Assembly: GCA_039715015.1 (NCBI GenBank)
Contig: JBDLIE010000007.1
Location: 23,402-87,401, forward strand
DNA: 64,000 nucleotides
Origin: Thermodesulfobacteriota bacterium
GTDB lineage: Bacteria; Desulfobacterota; Desulfobulbia; Desulfobulbales; SURF-16
Direction of reading: 5' to 3'
Shown here: positions 21,900-32,861 of the stretch, piece after piece
Position numbering within the stretch: the first letter of the stretch is position 1
Layout: every line of letters begins with the position of its first letter
The notes under the pieces: model-generated
Told to the model about the DNA's origin: nothing
The model's database searches: none
What the model saw: only the letters and a program-made list of their open reading frames with translations
Made by a program: the position numbers and the translations under genes

Positions 21900-22670
21900 A
21901 TGATTCTTGCCATTGATATCGGTAATAGCCAGACAGTTCTTGGGCTTTATCAGAAAACAGAACTCCACAGCCATTACCGCATAAAGACAGACCGCCACGC
22001 CACGGCCGACGAGCTGGCTATCACCCTGCAATCTCTCTTGGCCTTGAAGGGGCTGGATATTTGTCAACTGTCTGATATGGTAGTGGGCTCGGTGGTTCCA
22101 GCCCTGAAGGCTGCCTGGCGTGAGGTTGGCACATCACAACTTAAAATCAGCCCCCTTATTATGGGCGATGCCGGGATTGACACCGGCGTGGAGATTCTCA
22201 CCGACAATCCCCAAGAAGTGGGGGCGGACAGAATCATCAACGCCCTGGCGGCTTTTCACCGTTACCAGCAGGCCCTTATCGTTGCCGATTTCGGTACGGC
22301 CATCACCTTTGACTGTGTTTCTGACACGGGCGCCTATCTAGGTGGTGCGATTGCCCCCGGCATGGGAATTTCGTTGGAGGCCTTGAGCTCTCAAACAGCC
22401 AAACTCCCCAAGGTGGATATTTCCACTCCTCCCCAAAATGCTATTGGCACCAACACCAGTGAGGCCATCAAGGCCGGGGTGCTTTTTGGCTATGGTGGCA
22501 TGGTGGAAGGTATAACCAGCCGTTTAAGCAAGGAGTTTACCAAGACTCCCCTGGTCATCGCCACCGGTGGCATGGCCGCTCTTGTTGCCCCCTATGCACC
22601 TACCATCAAAGATGTTGTATCTGACCTCACCCTGGACGGTCTTCGCCTGATATATGAACGAAATCGCTAA
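21900..22670 (+). CDS. coaX: Type III pantothenate kinase
   Basis: IDIGNS, VGADR, DFGTAITFD, GGAIAPG, IATGG. Confidence 0.95.
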   Translation: MILAIDIGNSQTVLGLYQKTELHSHYRIKTDRHATADELAITLQSLLALKGLDICQLSDMVVGSVVPALKAAWREVGTSQLKISPLIMGDAGIDTGVEILTDNPQEVGADRIINALAAFHRYQQALIVADFGTAITFDCVSDTGAYLGGAIAPGMGISLEALSSQTAKLPKVDISTPPQNAIGTNTSEAIKAGVLFGYGGMVEGITSRLSKEFTKTPLVIATGGMAALVAPYAPTIKDVVSDLTLDGLRLIYERNR

Positions 22671-23571
22671 AAGAGCAATCCTCCCTCCGATCCTCAAGGC
22701 CAATGACGTCATTGGCCTTGCCCCCCTGGCCGGACCTCACCAAGAGGAAGATTTTCAAAAGGGTGCCGCCATATTGAGAGATTTTGGCTTTAACATAAAA
22801 ACCTTAAGGCCGACTGCCCCTTTACCCTTTTTGGCTGGATCGGACCAGGAGCGTCTCGATATCTTCCTAAACCTTTGGCAGGACCCTGAGGTAAAAGCTG
22901 TCATGGCAATTCGCGGCGGTTATGGAACGCTGCGCCTTCTTGCCAACCTTGATTACGACTTGTTCAAAGAAAACCCAAAGCCGCTCATTGGTTTTAGTGA
23001 TATCAGCGGCCTGTTGAACGTCATCACCGAGAGGAGCGGCCTCCTCACCTTTCACGGACCAAATCTCACGACACTTGAAAAATCGGACAAAAAATCCCTG
23101 GAGTCATTAATTGATGTTTTAACCCGGCCACAACCAAACGCCTTAAAGCCGGAAAATCTAGAAGTGATCCGCGGTGGTCAGGTTGAGGGGATACTTGCCG
23201 GAGGCAATCTCACCACCCTCATTCACCTGATCGGCACTTCCTTTCAACCACACTTGCAAGACAAGATTCTCTTTCTGGAAGACGTCGGCGAAGCACCTTA
23301 CCGGATTGACCGTCTCCTCACCCAACTACACCTGACAGGGGTATTTAGCAATATCAAGGGCGTCATTCTTGGAGAATTTAACAGCTGCGGTGACCAGGAA
23401 GAGATATGGCAACGGGTGACTGAGTTGGTTGAAGATAACACCATCCCTATCTGGGCTGGTTTTCCTGTTGGCCATGGACAAGAAAATCTCTGCCTTCCAA
23501 TAGGCAGCCAAGTAGTCATGGACTCAAACAGAGGAACCTTGACCTGGAGTGCGCCCTGCCATGGGGTATGA
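22654..23571 (+). CDS. LD-carboxypeptidase (peptidase S66)
   Basis: RGGYG, GFSDIS, GGNL, LFLEDVGE, GHG. Confidence 0.92.
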   Translation: MNEIAKRAILPPILKANDVIGLAPLAGPHQEEDFQKGAAILRDFGFNIKTLRPTAPLPFLAGSDQERLDIFLNLWQDPEVKAVMAIRGGYGTLRLLANLDYDLFKENPKPLIGFSDISGLLNVITERSGLLTFHGPNLTTLEKSDKKSLESLIDVLTRPQPNALKPENLEVIRGGQVEGILAGGNLTTLIHLIGTSFQPHLQDKILFLEDVGEAPYRIDRLLTQLHLTGVFSNIKGVILGEFNSCGDQEEIWQRVTELVEDNTIPIWAGFPVGHGQENLCLPIGSQVVMDSNRGTLTWSAPCHGV

Positions 23572-23582
23572 CATTCTTCTAC

Positions 23583-24302
23583 TTATTGGTCGAGCAAGGT
23601 GGAGACCTTTTCACGCAGAGAATCGGCCAACTCATGTTTTTCTTTGAGCTTGTAAGCACCGGCATCAACAGGATCACCGAGGCGAATCACAACCTCTCCT
23701 GAACTGGGTACGATTTTCCCCTTAGCCAGGATCTGATGGGTTCCACAAATTGCCATGGGAACGACCCCAACCCCGGACTTAATGGCAATGACCATCCCCC
23801 CCACCTTAAAGGGCTGCAATGTTCCATCAGCACTCCTGGTCCCCTCTGGAAATATAACAACAGAAGTGCCTTTTTTGATGCGACCTGCGGCCTCTGCCAA
23901 ACTTTTCATGGCATTGCGGCCACTGGAGCGATCTATCGGAATATTACCGCTCCGGCGCAATGCCGCCCCAAAAACAGGTATCTGAAAGAGTTCTTTCTTG
24001 GCCAGCCAACGAAAATCCCAGTCGAAATACCCCTGCAGACAAAAAATATCAAACTGGCTCTGGTGATTGGCGGCGAAGATATAGGATTGAGCAGGGTCCA
24101 GTTTTTCCAGTCCCTCAACCCGTACCTTCACACCGCTGACAGCAAGTATCATCTTTGCCCAGATGCGTGGGGCCACCTGGGCCGTTTTCTCACTGGTCCG
24201 GAAGACAAGAAGGTATAATAAGGCCTGCAAACTGGATAAGAGCGTGATAAAAACAGCAAAAATAACCGTAAAAACACCGCGGAAAAAAGAAAAAACTTCC
24301 AT
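23583..24302 (-). CDS. plsC: 1-acyl-sn-glycerol-3-phosphate acyltransferase
   Basis: NHQSQFD (HX4D), FPEGTRS. Confidence 0.9.
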   Translation of the reverse strand: MEVFSFFRGVFTVIFAVFITLLSSLQALLYLLVFRTSEKTAQVAPRIWAKMILAVSGVKVRVEGLEKLDPAQSYIFAANHQSQFDIFCLQGYFDWDFRWLAKKELFQIPVFGAALRRSGNIPIDRSSGRNAMKSLAEAAGRIKKGTSVVIFPEGTRSADGTLQPFKVGGMVIAIKSGVGVVPMAICGTHQILAKGKIVPSSGEVVIRLGDPVDAGAYKLKEKHELADSLREKVSTLLDQ

Positions 24303-24613
24303 ATTTTTAAACCCTTTACTTTTTGGTTACGAAAACAACGCTCTTCCCTTGCAGCATAAGGATTGCAAAAGAATTTATGGTGTTGATTTAAGAACCGAGA
24401 CAGATTAGCATAGAGTGTAATTGGAAACGAGCCATTTTTCTCCAATTGAGATGCTCAGGATCACTTCAACAGGTCCTCCGAGAAACCCAGACAAGCATCT
24501 CGCAGAGGCTCAGATTAATGTCCATATTTCCACAAACCACTCGTTAAGCATGGCATGAAACCTTCAGCCTCGACTTTTTTGTGGCGCTGAAAAGCGGCGT
24601 TTATATATAAACA

Positions 24614-27600
24614 ATGACTCATGACCCAAGCAAGGCTTCCCCATCACCTCCAACTCCTGGTGATGAGCGGCAGCCCCAAGCACATACTGAAGGCCCCAGT
24701 CCTCTGGCAGAATCCTTCAGCAAATCGGACCTGGCTGACACCAGCGGGGAGTTGACCTCGTCTTCCTCCCGCCGCCATGGAGGCGCCCGTCGCCGTCAAA
24801 TTCCAGGCCGGCCAAGGGCTCCTTTGAGGAATTTTTTCCTCTTTGTGGTTGCCTGTTTGGCCCTTTATGCTCTGGCAGGTTTTTTTCTGGCCCCCTTTCT
24901 TCTGACCTCGACTTTACCCACCTACCTCACCAAAACAACAAATCGTCCGGTCACCATTGGCTCAGCCAGGTTTAACCCTTTCAGCCTGCATATTACCCTG
25001 AAAAACGGGATCATAGGTCAAGATCTTGCTGCTCCGGATGATAAGGTTGACCCTATCCTCTCCTTTGGCAGACTTGAAGGCAAAATCAATCCAGTAGCCC
25101 TTTTTAAAGGGGGCCTGACAATCCATGCCATTCGCGGCAACAGCGTTTTTGCCCATCTTACCCGGCTGCCAGACGGTAACTTTAATATTCCAACGCTCAT
25201 CAAGCAACTGACAAAAACAGAAGCTGCCCTCGACGCATCCCATATTGTCACTCTAATCCAGAACGGAGATTTCCATCTCACAGACAGCCGTCTTCTCTTT
25301 GAGGATATCGCCACCGGTGCAAAACATAATATAGAGTCAATAAGCTTCTCGTTACCGAAAAGAGGCAAAGACAGCGCGGCAATATCACCTCAATTTTCCG
25401 CCGTAGTTGACGGGAGCCCCATGTCCATCGGAGGACAATCAGAGAGCTCGGCCACCGGCCAAAACACCCGTCTTACTTTCTCCCTCGAACAAATCAATCT
25501 TCCCGACTTTCTCACCTACCTCCCCCACCCCCTGCCCGATCTTCTTACCAAGGGTGAAGCAGACATAGAGCTTTTTCTTGATTACCAATTGTCTGCAGAC
25601 AAGTCATACCATCTTGAAATAAGTGGTTCAGGAATGGCCCGCGATATCTGGCTTCGCACATCGGACAAGGGTGAAAACAAAATTGCTTCTGCAAGTTTCT
25701 CCGCCGCCTTCCAACCCCTCGTCTCACAGCTCACCATCAACAAACTCATCTTAGAACAACCAGAATTGCAGCTCCATAAACTCCAGAATGGCAGCTATGT
25801 TTTCCCTGGCTCAGAGACGGTCAAGAAATCTTCGTCTGATGGAGAAATCTTCCTCAACACCTTGGTCGTTAAGAATGGTCGCCTTTCCTATATCGATCAA
25901 CAGGTGGCTGGCGGCTTTGGGGTGATTTTCAACGATGTCAACCTGAGTATGGACTGGTCTGACACAGATAAAAAATTTCACGCCTACGCCTTAAACTGCG
26001 TAACCAGCCGCCAGACACGTATAGCTAGCCAGGGGAAAGTATTCTTTAACAAAGGTGATATTAACGGCCTCTTTATCCTCCACAACCTGCCGTTACCTGC
26101 TCTTACTTCCTATCTACCCAAGGGCTCCGGCATTTCAATTACCGCTGGGATTATTGATAAGGCTGAGGCTGATTTACAGTTCCACCTCAAAAAACAGCAT
26201 AAATCCCCTTTAGTTCTTAAAAACATGAAGGGAACTGCCAGCAATATCGCCATCAACCACCAGGGCAAACCATGGCTCCAGGCAAACAGGAGCTCCTTTT
26301 CTGATGCAACGATCAGCTCAGCCCCCCTACGTTTTTCCATGGGGGCTATTAAGACATCAGGGCTTCTGGCCCATCTCTCACCAGAGCACTCCCTTCTTTC
26401 TTCATTACTTTTTCCGAAAAAGGATGCATCGCCTGTAAATAAAAACATTTTCACAGAACTACACGTCACAAAAAGCTCACTTATCCTTCACGATTTTCCC
26501 TTCCAGAAAATAGATAAGATCCCTGTTAAAATTGAAGAGTTCCACGCCACAGGTTTCAACCCTAAAAAAGATGTCCCAGGTAAGATAAATGCCACCTTCT
26601 CTCTTTCGAAAAGAGAAAATTCCAATCTAACGGGCAACTTTAAACTTTTTCCTTTAGCCGGAGACCTACACCTTCAGCTCCAAAAAATCCCCTTGACGCT
26701 CTTTTCGTCAAAACAGATGCAATGGTTCATCCCAGATGTCACTAAAGGAACTCTTGACTTCGAAGGCGACCTCAATCTCTCAGAACGACGCCTCACAGGC
26801 AAGACAGTCCTAAATGACATCATCGCCATTAATCCAGCAGATAAAACAAAACTTATCAGCTTAAAAAAAGCTTTTAGCCCAGAAATTAAGCTTGGCCTGC
26901 AACCGCTGAAACTTGGCATGGACACCCTGACCCTTGCCGGCCTTGAACTCTATGCAACTCTATCGCCTCAAATAAACTCATTTGCCCCTCAGTTCATTAA
27001 CGTTTCCGACAAGGGGACCATGGCCAGAAGCAATCTGGACATCCAGAACATTGAACTAAAAGACAGCTCCCTCCATTTCACTGATCAAACAGTAAACCCT
27101 GTTTTTTCCCATACTCTCTCAATGATAAATGGCAACCTGACCGGCCTGGAAAACAACCGTGACGCACCTCTTTTCTTTAACATCACAGGAAGCAATAAGG
27201 ATCAAGCAGTTCTCAAATCTCAAGGCAACATCACTCTTTTTGATGAGAATTTCGCTGCAGATTTCACAGCCCAGCTTTCAGACCAACCCCTGGATCCCTT
27301 AATACCTTACCTGGAGCCCATATTGGGCCATAGCCTGTCCGGCGGCATCTTTGACATGGACATTTCCTACAAGGAATTAAGCGGAAAAGTAAACGCCGAC
27401 ACCTCAATGACGCTTCGCCATCTCAGCTTGGGAGATACTGATCTAGGAAGTAAGCATTTGCCCCTCACCGTCGCCCTTGTCACTGATAACGATGGGGTTA
27501 TCAGGCTGAACATCCCCATCAGTGGCGACATGACAGACCCTTCTTACACCTTTCATACCGCCTATGGTAAAAAACTACGGGGACTGATCAGCAAGGCCTC

Positions 27601-28141
27601 GGTGTCGCCCTTTTCCATGCTTACTGACTTTCACGATCCAGAGAGCATCTCTCTGGATCATATCCTCTTTGAGGCAGGCGCTACTGATCTGGCCCAAAAC
27701 AGCGATGAGAATTTCAAGAAACTACGAACCATCTTACAGAACCGTCCTCTTTTGGCCCTCGTCATCAAGGGGTATAGCTCCGGTAGCGAAGACAGGAACG
27801 CTCTCCTTCAGAAAAAAAAGGAAGAAGAGGAAAGAAAGCGCCTGGCATTTCAGGGATCGCAAAGTTCTGAGCTGATCGACTCCTACGGCAAAGAGGAAAT
27901 TGCCCCTACAACACTTGGCGCTGACAATGCTGCCATAATCTCTGTATCCAAAGAGGAGTTGGCCGCCCTTGCCATGGATCGTTGCCAGCGCCTGAAGGAT
28001 ATTCTTTTTGAAGTTTATGGCGTTGATGAAAAACGAATTATTATTTCTCCCAACACCACGGTGGTTCCCGAAAGTGGCGCAGGCCTTGCCGGTACAAGGG
28101 CTGACTTTATTTTAAGCCGCATGCCACAGAATGCGGACTAA
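24614..28141 (+). CDS. DUF748/AsmA-like large envelope protein with C-terminal OmpA-like region
   Basis: N-terminal TM followed by RPVTIGSARFNPFSL; C-terminal IRLNIPISGDMTDP and RPLLALVIKG. Confidence 0.75.
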   Translation: MTHDPSKASPSPPTPGDERQPQAHTEGPSPLAESFSKSDLADTSGELTSSSSRRHGGARRRQIPGRPRAPLRNFFLFVVACLALYALAGFFLAPFLLTSTLPTYLTKTTNRPVTIGSARFNPFSLHITLKNGIIGQDLAAPDDKVDPILSFGRLEGKINPVALFKGGLTIHAIRGNSVFAHLTRLPDGNFNIPTLIKQLTKTEAALDASHIVTLIQNGDFHLTDSRLLFEDIATGAKHNIESISFSLPKRGKDSAAISPQFSAVVDGSPMSIGGQSESSATGQNTRLTFSLEQINLPDFLTYLPHPLPDLLTKGEADIELFLDYQLSADKSYHLEISGSGMARDIWLRTSDKGENKIASASFSAAFQPLVSQLTINKLILEQPELQLHKLQNGSYVFPGSETVKKSSSDGEIFLNTLVVKNGRLSYIDQQVAGGFGVIFNDVNLSMDWSDTDKKFHAYALNCVTSRQTRIASQGKVFFNKGDINGLFILHNLPLPALTSYLPKGSGISITAGIIDKAEADLQFHLKKQHKSPLVLKNMKGTASNIAINHQGKPWLQANRSSFSDATISSAPLRFSMGAIKTSGLLAHLSPEHSLLSSLLFPKKDASPVNKNIFTELHVTKSSLILHDFPFQKIDKIPVKIEEFHATGFNPKKDVPGKINATFSLSKRENSNLTGNFKLFPLAGDLHLQLQKIPLTLFSSKQMQWFIPDVTKGTLDFEGDLNLSERRLTGKTVLNDIIAINPADKTKLISLKKAFSPEIKLGLQPLKLGMDTLTLAGLELYATLSPQINSFAPQFINVSDKGTMARSNLDIQNIELKDSSLHFTDQTVNPVFSHTLSMINGNLTGLENNRDAPLFFNITGSNKDQAVLKSQGNITLFDENFAADFTAQLSDQPLDPLIPYLEPILGHSLSGGIFDMDISYKELSGKVNADTSMTLRHLSLGDTDLGSKHLPLTVALVTDNDGVIRLNIPISGDMTDPSYTFHTAYGKKLRGLISKASVSPFSMLTDFHDPESISLDHILFEAGATDLAQNSDENFKKLRTILQNRPLLALVIKGYSSGSEDRNALLQKKKEEEERKRLAFQGSQSSELIDSYGKEEIAPTTLGADNAAIISVSKEELAALAMDRCQRLKDILFEVYGVDEKRIIISPNTTVVPESGAGLAGTRADFILSRMPQNAD

Positions 28142-28150
28142 CAGGGTTAT

Positions 28151-28735
28151 ATGATGATCACAGATCTTATCACCCGCACCCGTACCTTCCGCCGCTTCAA
28201 TTCCCAAAAACCTGTACCCCACGACCTGGTCACCCAATTTATTGACCTCGCCAGGCTCGGAGGCTCAGCCCGTAATATCCAGCCGTGCAAGTACATGATC
28301 TGCAGTACGAAAGATCATTGCAGTGCTGTTTTCCCCCTTCTTGGCTGGGCTGGCTACCTACCCCATTGGTCCGGCCCTGCTAAAGAAGAAAGACCCTCAG
28401 CTTACATCCTCTGCCTCCTAGATACCGATCTTTGCGACAACGCTGATTTTGATCTGGGAATTGCCAGTCAAAACATCCTCCTGGGAGCCATGGCGCACGG
28501 TATTGGCGGTTGCCGTATTGCTTCATTTTCGTCCGCCCTTACTCAGCTCTTACATCTCCCTGACAATCTCACCTTAAAACTGGTCATCGCCCTGGGCTAT
28601 CCTGCCGAGAATGTTACTCTCGTAGATCCCAGCGAAAAGGGTGATATTAAGTATTGGCATGGTGATGGAAATTCCCATTTTGTTCCTAAACGCCGCCTTT
28701 CGGAAATACTTTTACCTCTCCCCCTTAAGTCATAA
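28151..28735 (+). CDS. Nitroreductase family protein
   Basis: RTFRRF, SARNIQP, DLGIASQNILLGA, ALGYP, VPKR. Confidence 0.9.
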   Translation: MMITDLITRTRTFRRFNSQKPVPHDLVTQFIDLARLGGSARNIQPCKYMICSTKDHCSAVFPLLGWAGYLPHWSGPAKEERPSAYILCLLDTDLCDNADFDLGIASQNILLGAMAHGIGGCRIASFSSALTQLLHLPDNLTLKLVIALGYPAENVTLVDPSEKGDIKYWHGDGNSHFVPKRRLSEILLPLPLKS

Positions 28736-29571
28736 TGTTACATAGCCCCTACACCCAATACAAACACCTCTATGTCTATCACCTGGACATGATGAACATT
28801 CCCGCTGTTGATGACCCGGATCTCATCGGTGTCTGGATTGAGGACAACACCGCAGTACTTTTTTTCCATAAAAATAAAGATGCCCTGGTTGCAAAAATAT
28901 GCCACGAAAATGGCTGCGAGGTTATTTATCAGGCGGATCTCGATTATGAGGATTGGGAGGCTGGCCACCAGATTTCAGCTTTTGAGGCCGGCTCTTTTAC
29001 AGTGGCGCCGATTTGGGAAAAGACAGATGCTGACATCGTTCTTGATCCAAGTGTCATTTTTGGTTCAGGCTTTCATCCCACCACCCGCACCTGTCTTCAG
29101 CTTGTTGATAAATATGCTAAAACGCCGGAACTTACCATTAACTCCATGCTCGATTTGGGAACCGGCACCGGCCTTTTAAGCATTGCTGCCGCCAAACACG
29201 GCGTCAAAGAAATTACAGCCATCGACAACAATCCCCTGGCCTGCCAGGTGGCCCAAGCTAATTGCCGTTACAACCATGTGGAAAAGCACGTTTCTGTCCA
29301 GGAGGCTGATCTACGCAATAATCCCCCCCAGACAAAGGAGGTGGACTTAGTCGTTGCCAACCTCTACCGGGGGCTGCTTGAAGAGCTTTTTAACAGAGCC
29401 GATTTTTGGCAAGGAAATCTCTATATCCTCTCCGGCTTTATCAAATCCATGGAGGCGGACCTGTTAGCGGCCATACCTGCTGACAAACTCCGTTTTCTGG
29501 AGAGAACCAGAAAAGAGCAGTGGTGTATTTGGGTTATTGCCCCTAAAGACAGCCTCTTTTTACAGAGTTGA
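28735..29571 (+). CDS. PrmA-like (ribosomal protein L11) SAM methyltransferase
   Basis: FGSGFHPTT, LDLGTGTGLLS, VVANL, ILSG. Confidence 0.8.
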   Translation: MLHSPYTQYKHLYVYHLDMMNIPAVDDPDLIGVWIEDNTAVLFFHKNKDALVAKICHENGCEVIYQADLDYEDWEAGHQISAFEAGSFTVAPIWEKTDADIVLDPSVIFGSGFHPTTRTCLQLVDKYAKTPELTINSMLDLGTGTGLLSIAAAKHGVKEITAIDNNPLACQVAQANCRYNHVEKHVSVQEADLRNNPPQTKEVDLVVANLYRGLLEELFNRADFWQGNLYILSGFIKSMEADLLAAIPADKLRFLERTRKEQWCIWVIAPKDSLFLQS

Positions 29572-29595
29572 CCACCCGCCATCTGGCGGACCCTT

Positions 29596-30126
29596 CTAAC
29601 GCTCAATCCGGACTTGTACCCTTCGTCTCCCCCACCTGAGGGCGTCCTTATGGGAATCAAAATAGAGGTCGAGCCTATCCGGCCCTTTTATGGCACCACC
29701 ACGATCAGTTACCTCCCCCCAGCCATAGCCCGGAATTTTCATTCTGGTGCCGAAAGAATAATACTTGGTATCAGCTGCAATGGTACCGTCTTCTGAAAAC
29801 CACAACCAGGGCAGGACGATACGAAAGGGGATCTTCCAGGGCTTCTTGACACTATCCATCGAAAAGAGGCCATCAGCTACTTCTTGTGGCTCTGCACCAC
29901 TGGCTGTTTTACCCGTATACACCTTGCCCTTATTCTTTCCCTTCTTGACATAGCGGTCCCAGAAATTCAGCTTAAGGTAGGCCCAACTTCCCCGTTGCCA
30001 TTCACAACACTCCTGACAGCCGCAATAGCCTGTTATCTCCATGACCCGAAATTCATGCCGCGTACATCCTGTCAGCGCCAAAATGAGTACAACCCCGTAG
30101 ACAGTTCCCAAGAAACCTTTGACCAT
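29596..30126 (-). CDS. 3D-domain lipoprotein
   Basis: Lipobox LTGC; TIAAD, DRGGAIKG, RLDLYF, WGRR. Confidence 0.85.
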   Translation of the reverse strand: MVKGFLGTVYGVVLILALTGCTRHEFRVMEITGYCGCQECCEWQRGSWAYLKLNFWDRYVKKGKNKGKVYTGKTASGAEPQEVADGLFSMDSVKKPWKIPFRIVLPWLWFSEDGTIAADTKYYSFGTRMKIPGYGWGEVTDRGGAIKGPDRLDLYFDSHKDALRWGRRRVQVRIER

Positions 30127-30388
30127 TGCAATATCCCCCTAGGTAACAAAAAATTCTTCTAGACCAATATGTATCATTCTTGGCAAGGGTACAAGGAACT
30201 GATCCAACAGGAGAGGTAAAAAAGCTTCTTTTTTACTTTAAAGTAATGAAGTGATAACAAAAAAATTTCAGAAAAAGCATCCGCCGCAAATCGAATTTAG
30301 GCGGCTAGACTTAAGAGAACTGATGCAATTGATAAAGGTCAGTTCGGGTGAAGAGTGGGAGTGGCCACCGACAGGCAAACAACAAGAC

Positions 30389-30760
30389 CTAGGCAGCCAC
30401 ATCTCCATCTGAATTGGCAATCTTTTGAGGTTGCTCAACCTCAATTTTCCGCGGAACCAGTCCACTGGCCATGAAGGCGGTGCATTGCTTGCGCTTATCA
30501 AAAGAACAGTCAGTGATATTCCAACAAGGGGTATATTGCAGGAGCTTCTTAATGGCAGCGATGGAGATTCCCTGATCATGAATCATGCTCCGGAGACACT
30601 CGATCCACTTAATATCATCCATGGTAAAATAACGCCATTTACCCTTTCTAATTGGCCTGATCAGACCTTCCTTCTCATAGATTCGGAGAGTACGCGGGTG
30701 TACCTCCAGCATCTTTGCAGCAACACCGATTGTAAAGATTGGTTTATTGTCTGAGAGCAT
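30389..30760 (-). CDS. MerR-family (HspR-like) regulator with Cys-rich tail, copy 1
   Basis: FTIGVAAKMLEVHPRTLRIYEKEGL HTH; PCWNITDC-x7-C. Confidence 0.88.
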   Translation of the reverse strand: MLSDNKPIFTIGVAAKMLEVHPRTLRIYEKEGLIRPIRKGKWRYFTMDDIKWIECLRSMIHDQGISIAAIKKLLQYTPCWNITDCSFDKRKQCTAFMASGLVPRKIEVEQPQKIANSDGDVAA

Positions 30761-30786
30761 GATGCTTACCTTTTTGAGTTTGATTG

Positions 30787-30823
30787 AGACGGAGAACCTG
30801 CCCTTGCGGCAAGCTCTCCGTCT
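30787..30823. other. Intergenic stem-loop between nrfD-1 and merR-1
   Basis: AGACGGAGA...TCTCCGTCT; no U-tract on the transcribed strand. Confidence 0.5.
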
Positions 30824-30860
30824 TCTTTCAAAGAGAAGTACTTTCCCTATTGCTTACTTC

Positions 30861-32045
30861 TTAGTGGGAGCCATGGTCGTCAAAGGCGCGACCGAAGAAA
30901 CGCTCGCCGAGTAAGAAGGTGGCACCAACGACCCCGATGCCGGCAAATGTAACCATTAACTCGGAAACAGAAGGTACATAGCTGAAGTAGGTGGGCAGAT
31001 TATCCCAACCTGAGTAGTGAGGCACAAGCTGGCCGGCGACTACCAGGTCATAGCGGGAGAAGAACTGGCCAACCAGGGTCATAAAGGCTGCCAGAGTCAT
31101 GGCAGGAGCGCTCTTTAACCTGGTCATAGTAAGAAGACCAAGGGGAAAGGCAAGACCGATAAGGATCTCGAAAACCCAGAAGTTAAAGGACAGAGGTCCG
31201 GAGGTCAGGGCCATGGCAGCTACACGACCGCCTTCAGCACCACCGACGAAGAAGGAGATGAATCTCCAGGCCGTGGCAACACAGATGAGGAACATGGTAA
31301 GGGTAAGGACCTTACCTGCAGACTGCATACCAGCCATGGTGGTGGAGTCAATTTCACGATTACGCATCTTGAAAGCCATGTTGGTGAAAAGAATGGCAGC
31401 AGCAGCGCCAGACATAAAGGCACTACAGAGAAAGTAAACAGGAAGCTGAGAACCGTACCAGAAAGGATGGCCGGAAAGGGTAGCAAAAACAGCACCCAAG
31501 TTGGTGTTGGCAGCAACCTCGGCAAGGGCACCGAGAACGCCCAGGGTTACGGCAATCTTGTATTGCTTGTTAAGGATGAGATAGAACTCAAGGAGCATAA
31601 AGCCAACCGCCATACCGTACAGGGTACCCATCCACCAGATATTGGAAGTCAGGTTGGGGCTCAGCATATTATAGATGAGCATACGGTGGGGGTTTTCAAT
31701 CTCCACACCAATAATGGTGAAAGCACCGATAATGGTGATAATGGAGAGCCAAACCATGCGGTTCGCAAGGGGAGCCAGCTTGTTGCCGCCGAAGATATGG
31801 CTGATGGCCGCCAACAGGCAAAGGCCTGTGGAGGTAATTGCGAAAAATGCGTAGGAGGAAATCAGAATACCCCAAGGCATTTCGCGAGTATTATTGTACA
31901 TGTGATGGTGGCCTTCGTAGAACGCATAAAGGCCTGCTGAAATACCTGCAATGGCGAGCAGGGCAAAAAGACCGGTTGCTATATTGATCTTTGCTGTTGC
32001 CACCTCTGGTTCCGCGACTGCGGCTAGTGAGAATCCGTTAGCCAT
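30861..32045 (-). CDS. NrfD/PsrC-family quinone-interacting membrane protein, paralogue 1
   Basis: ~10 TM helices, MPWGILISSYAFF, SPNLTSNIWWMG, RYDLVVAGQ; AAGGAGG RBS favours ATG 32045 (track 32051). Confidence 0.88.
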   Translation of the reverse strand: MANGFSLAAVAEPEVATAKINIATGLFALLAIAGISAGLYAFYEGHHHMYNNTREMPWGILISSYAFFAITSTGLCLLAAISHIFGGNKLAPLANRMVWLSIITIIGAFTIIGVEIENPHRMLIYNMLSPNLTSNIWWMGTLYGMAVGFMLLEFYLILNKQYKIAVTLGVLGALAEVAANTNLGAVFATLSGHPFWYGSQLPVYFLCSAFMSGAAAAILFTNMAFKMRNREIDSTTMAGMQSAGKVLTLTMFLICVATAWRFISFFVGGAEGGRVAAMALTSGPLSFNFWVFEILIGLAFPLGLLTMTRLKSAPAMTLAAFMTLVGQFFSRYDLVVAGQLVPHYSGWDNLPTYFSYVPSVSELMVTFAGIGVVGATFLLGERFFGRAFDDHGSH

Positions 32046-32166
32046 TTTCATTCCTCCTTTGAATTAGTAAAAAGCTTATTTCGGTAGCCGTTTGGGCTAC
32101 ATTGTTTTTTTCTCTTAGAGGTGATCACGATCAGGCCGCCACCCAACCATGATCACTTTAAGAGCA

Positions 32167-32400
32167 TTAGACTTTGGCCGGGCCCTGCAAATCTTTTGTC
32201 TGCCCTTTTGTTGCCAGAGAGCAGAGAGCAATCACGGCGATAATGGCTGAAAAAGGACCAAGTGCAATAAACAGCACCAATGAGGTCACAAACCAAAAAG
32301 CCTCGCTTAAGTGGGCAAAACGCTTGCCAAGAGATGCAAGCAGATAAGCTTTGCCTCTTAAACCTTGATTTTTGCTGAGCAGATGAATTAAGGCACTCAT
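32167..32400 (-). CDS. Small membrane protein, first gene of the sigma54 nrfD-1 operon
   Basis: AGGAGG RBS before ATG 32400; hydrophobic hairpin FWFVTSLVLFIALGPFSAIIAVIALCSL. Confidence 0.7.
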   Translation of the reverse strand: MSALIHLLSKNQGLRGKAYLLASLGKRFAHLSEAFWFVTSLVLFIALGPFSAIIAVIALCSLATKGQTKDLQGPAKV

Positions 32401-32522
32401 ACCGGCCTCCTGTCGTTTCACTTGAGATTTTTAATTGGTAGGAAATCTCAAGGCCCATTGAGTAATGGATGGGCGTTTCTCGTTTCAGGTTTTTACCTGT
32501 TTTCTTGGTTGACTAGTTAAAT

Positions 32523-32538
32523 AGCAACGGGCATGCCA
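32523..32538 (-). promoter_or_regulatory. sigma54 (-24/-12) promoter of the nrfD-1 operon
   Basis: TGGCATGCCCGTTGCT, canonical GG-N10-GC spacing. Confidence 0.8.
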
Positions 32539-32669
32539 AACTCCGCCAAGAACTGTTATTTAAAAGGCCGAAAAATCCTAAAGCCCTATTTTATCGTTGA
32601 AAGAAAACCATACAAATGGCCCCTTCCAAGTTCTCCCAACACCCATCATGTCCATATTAATTACCCAAC

Positions 32670-32861
32670 ATGGCGCAACTTGCGCCATAGCAGCCACAGG
32701 TGTGCTGCGCAAAATGCGCCACTTTTGTTGCAAAAAACCGCCTCCTCACCAGCAGAAGCCTTAGAAAAACCCAATGATCACCGTTGTGGCATATCTAAAA
32801 AAATACAGGATTACAGCTTGTTACAACCCAAGAACACCAAAAGTGGCGCAATATGCGCCGC
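32670..32861. promoter_or_regulatory. Three candidate activator sites, motif A (GGCGCA-N3-TGCGCC)
   Basis: ATGGCGCA-ACT-TGCGCCAT 32670-32688; GCTGCGCA-AAA-TGCGCCAC 32704-32722; GTGGCGCA-ATA-TGCGCCGC 32843-32861. Confidence 0.7.

Noticed and set aside
24445..24600. Hairpins upstream of the DUF748 gene loosely resembling a c-di-GMP-I riboswitch
   Set aside because: Lacks the GGCAAA/GNRA/GACGCAAA core; cannot be supported without an Infernal search
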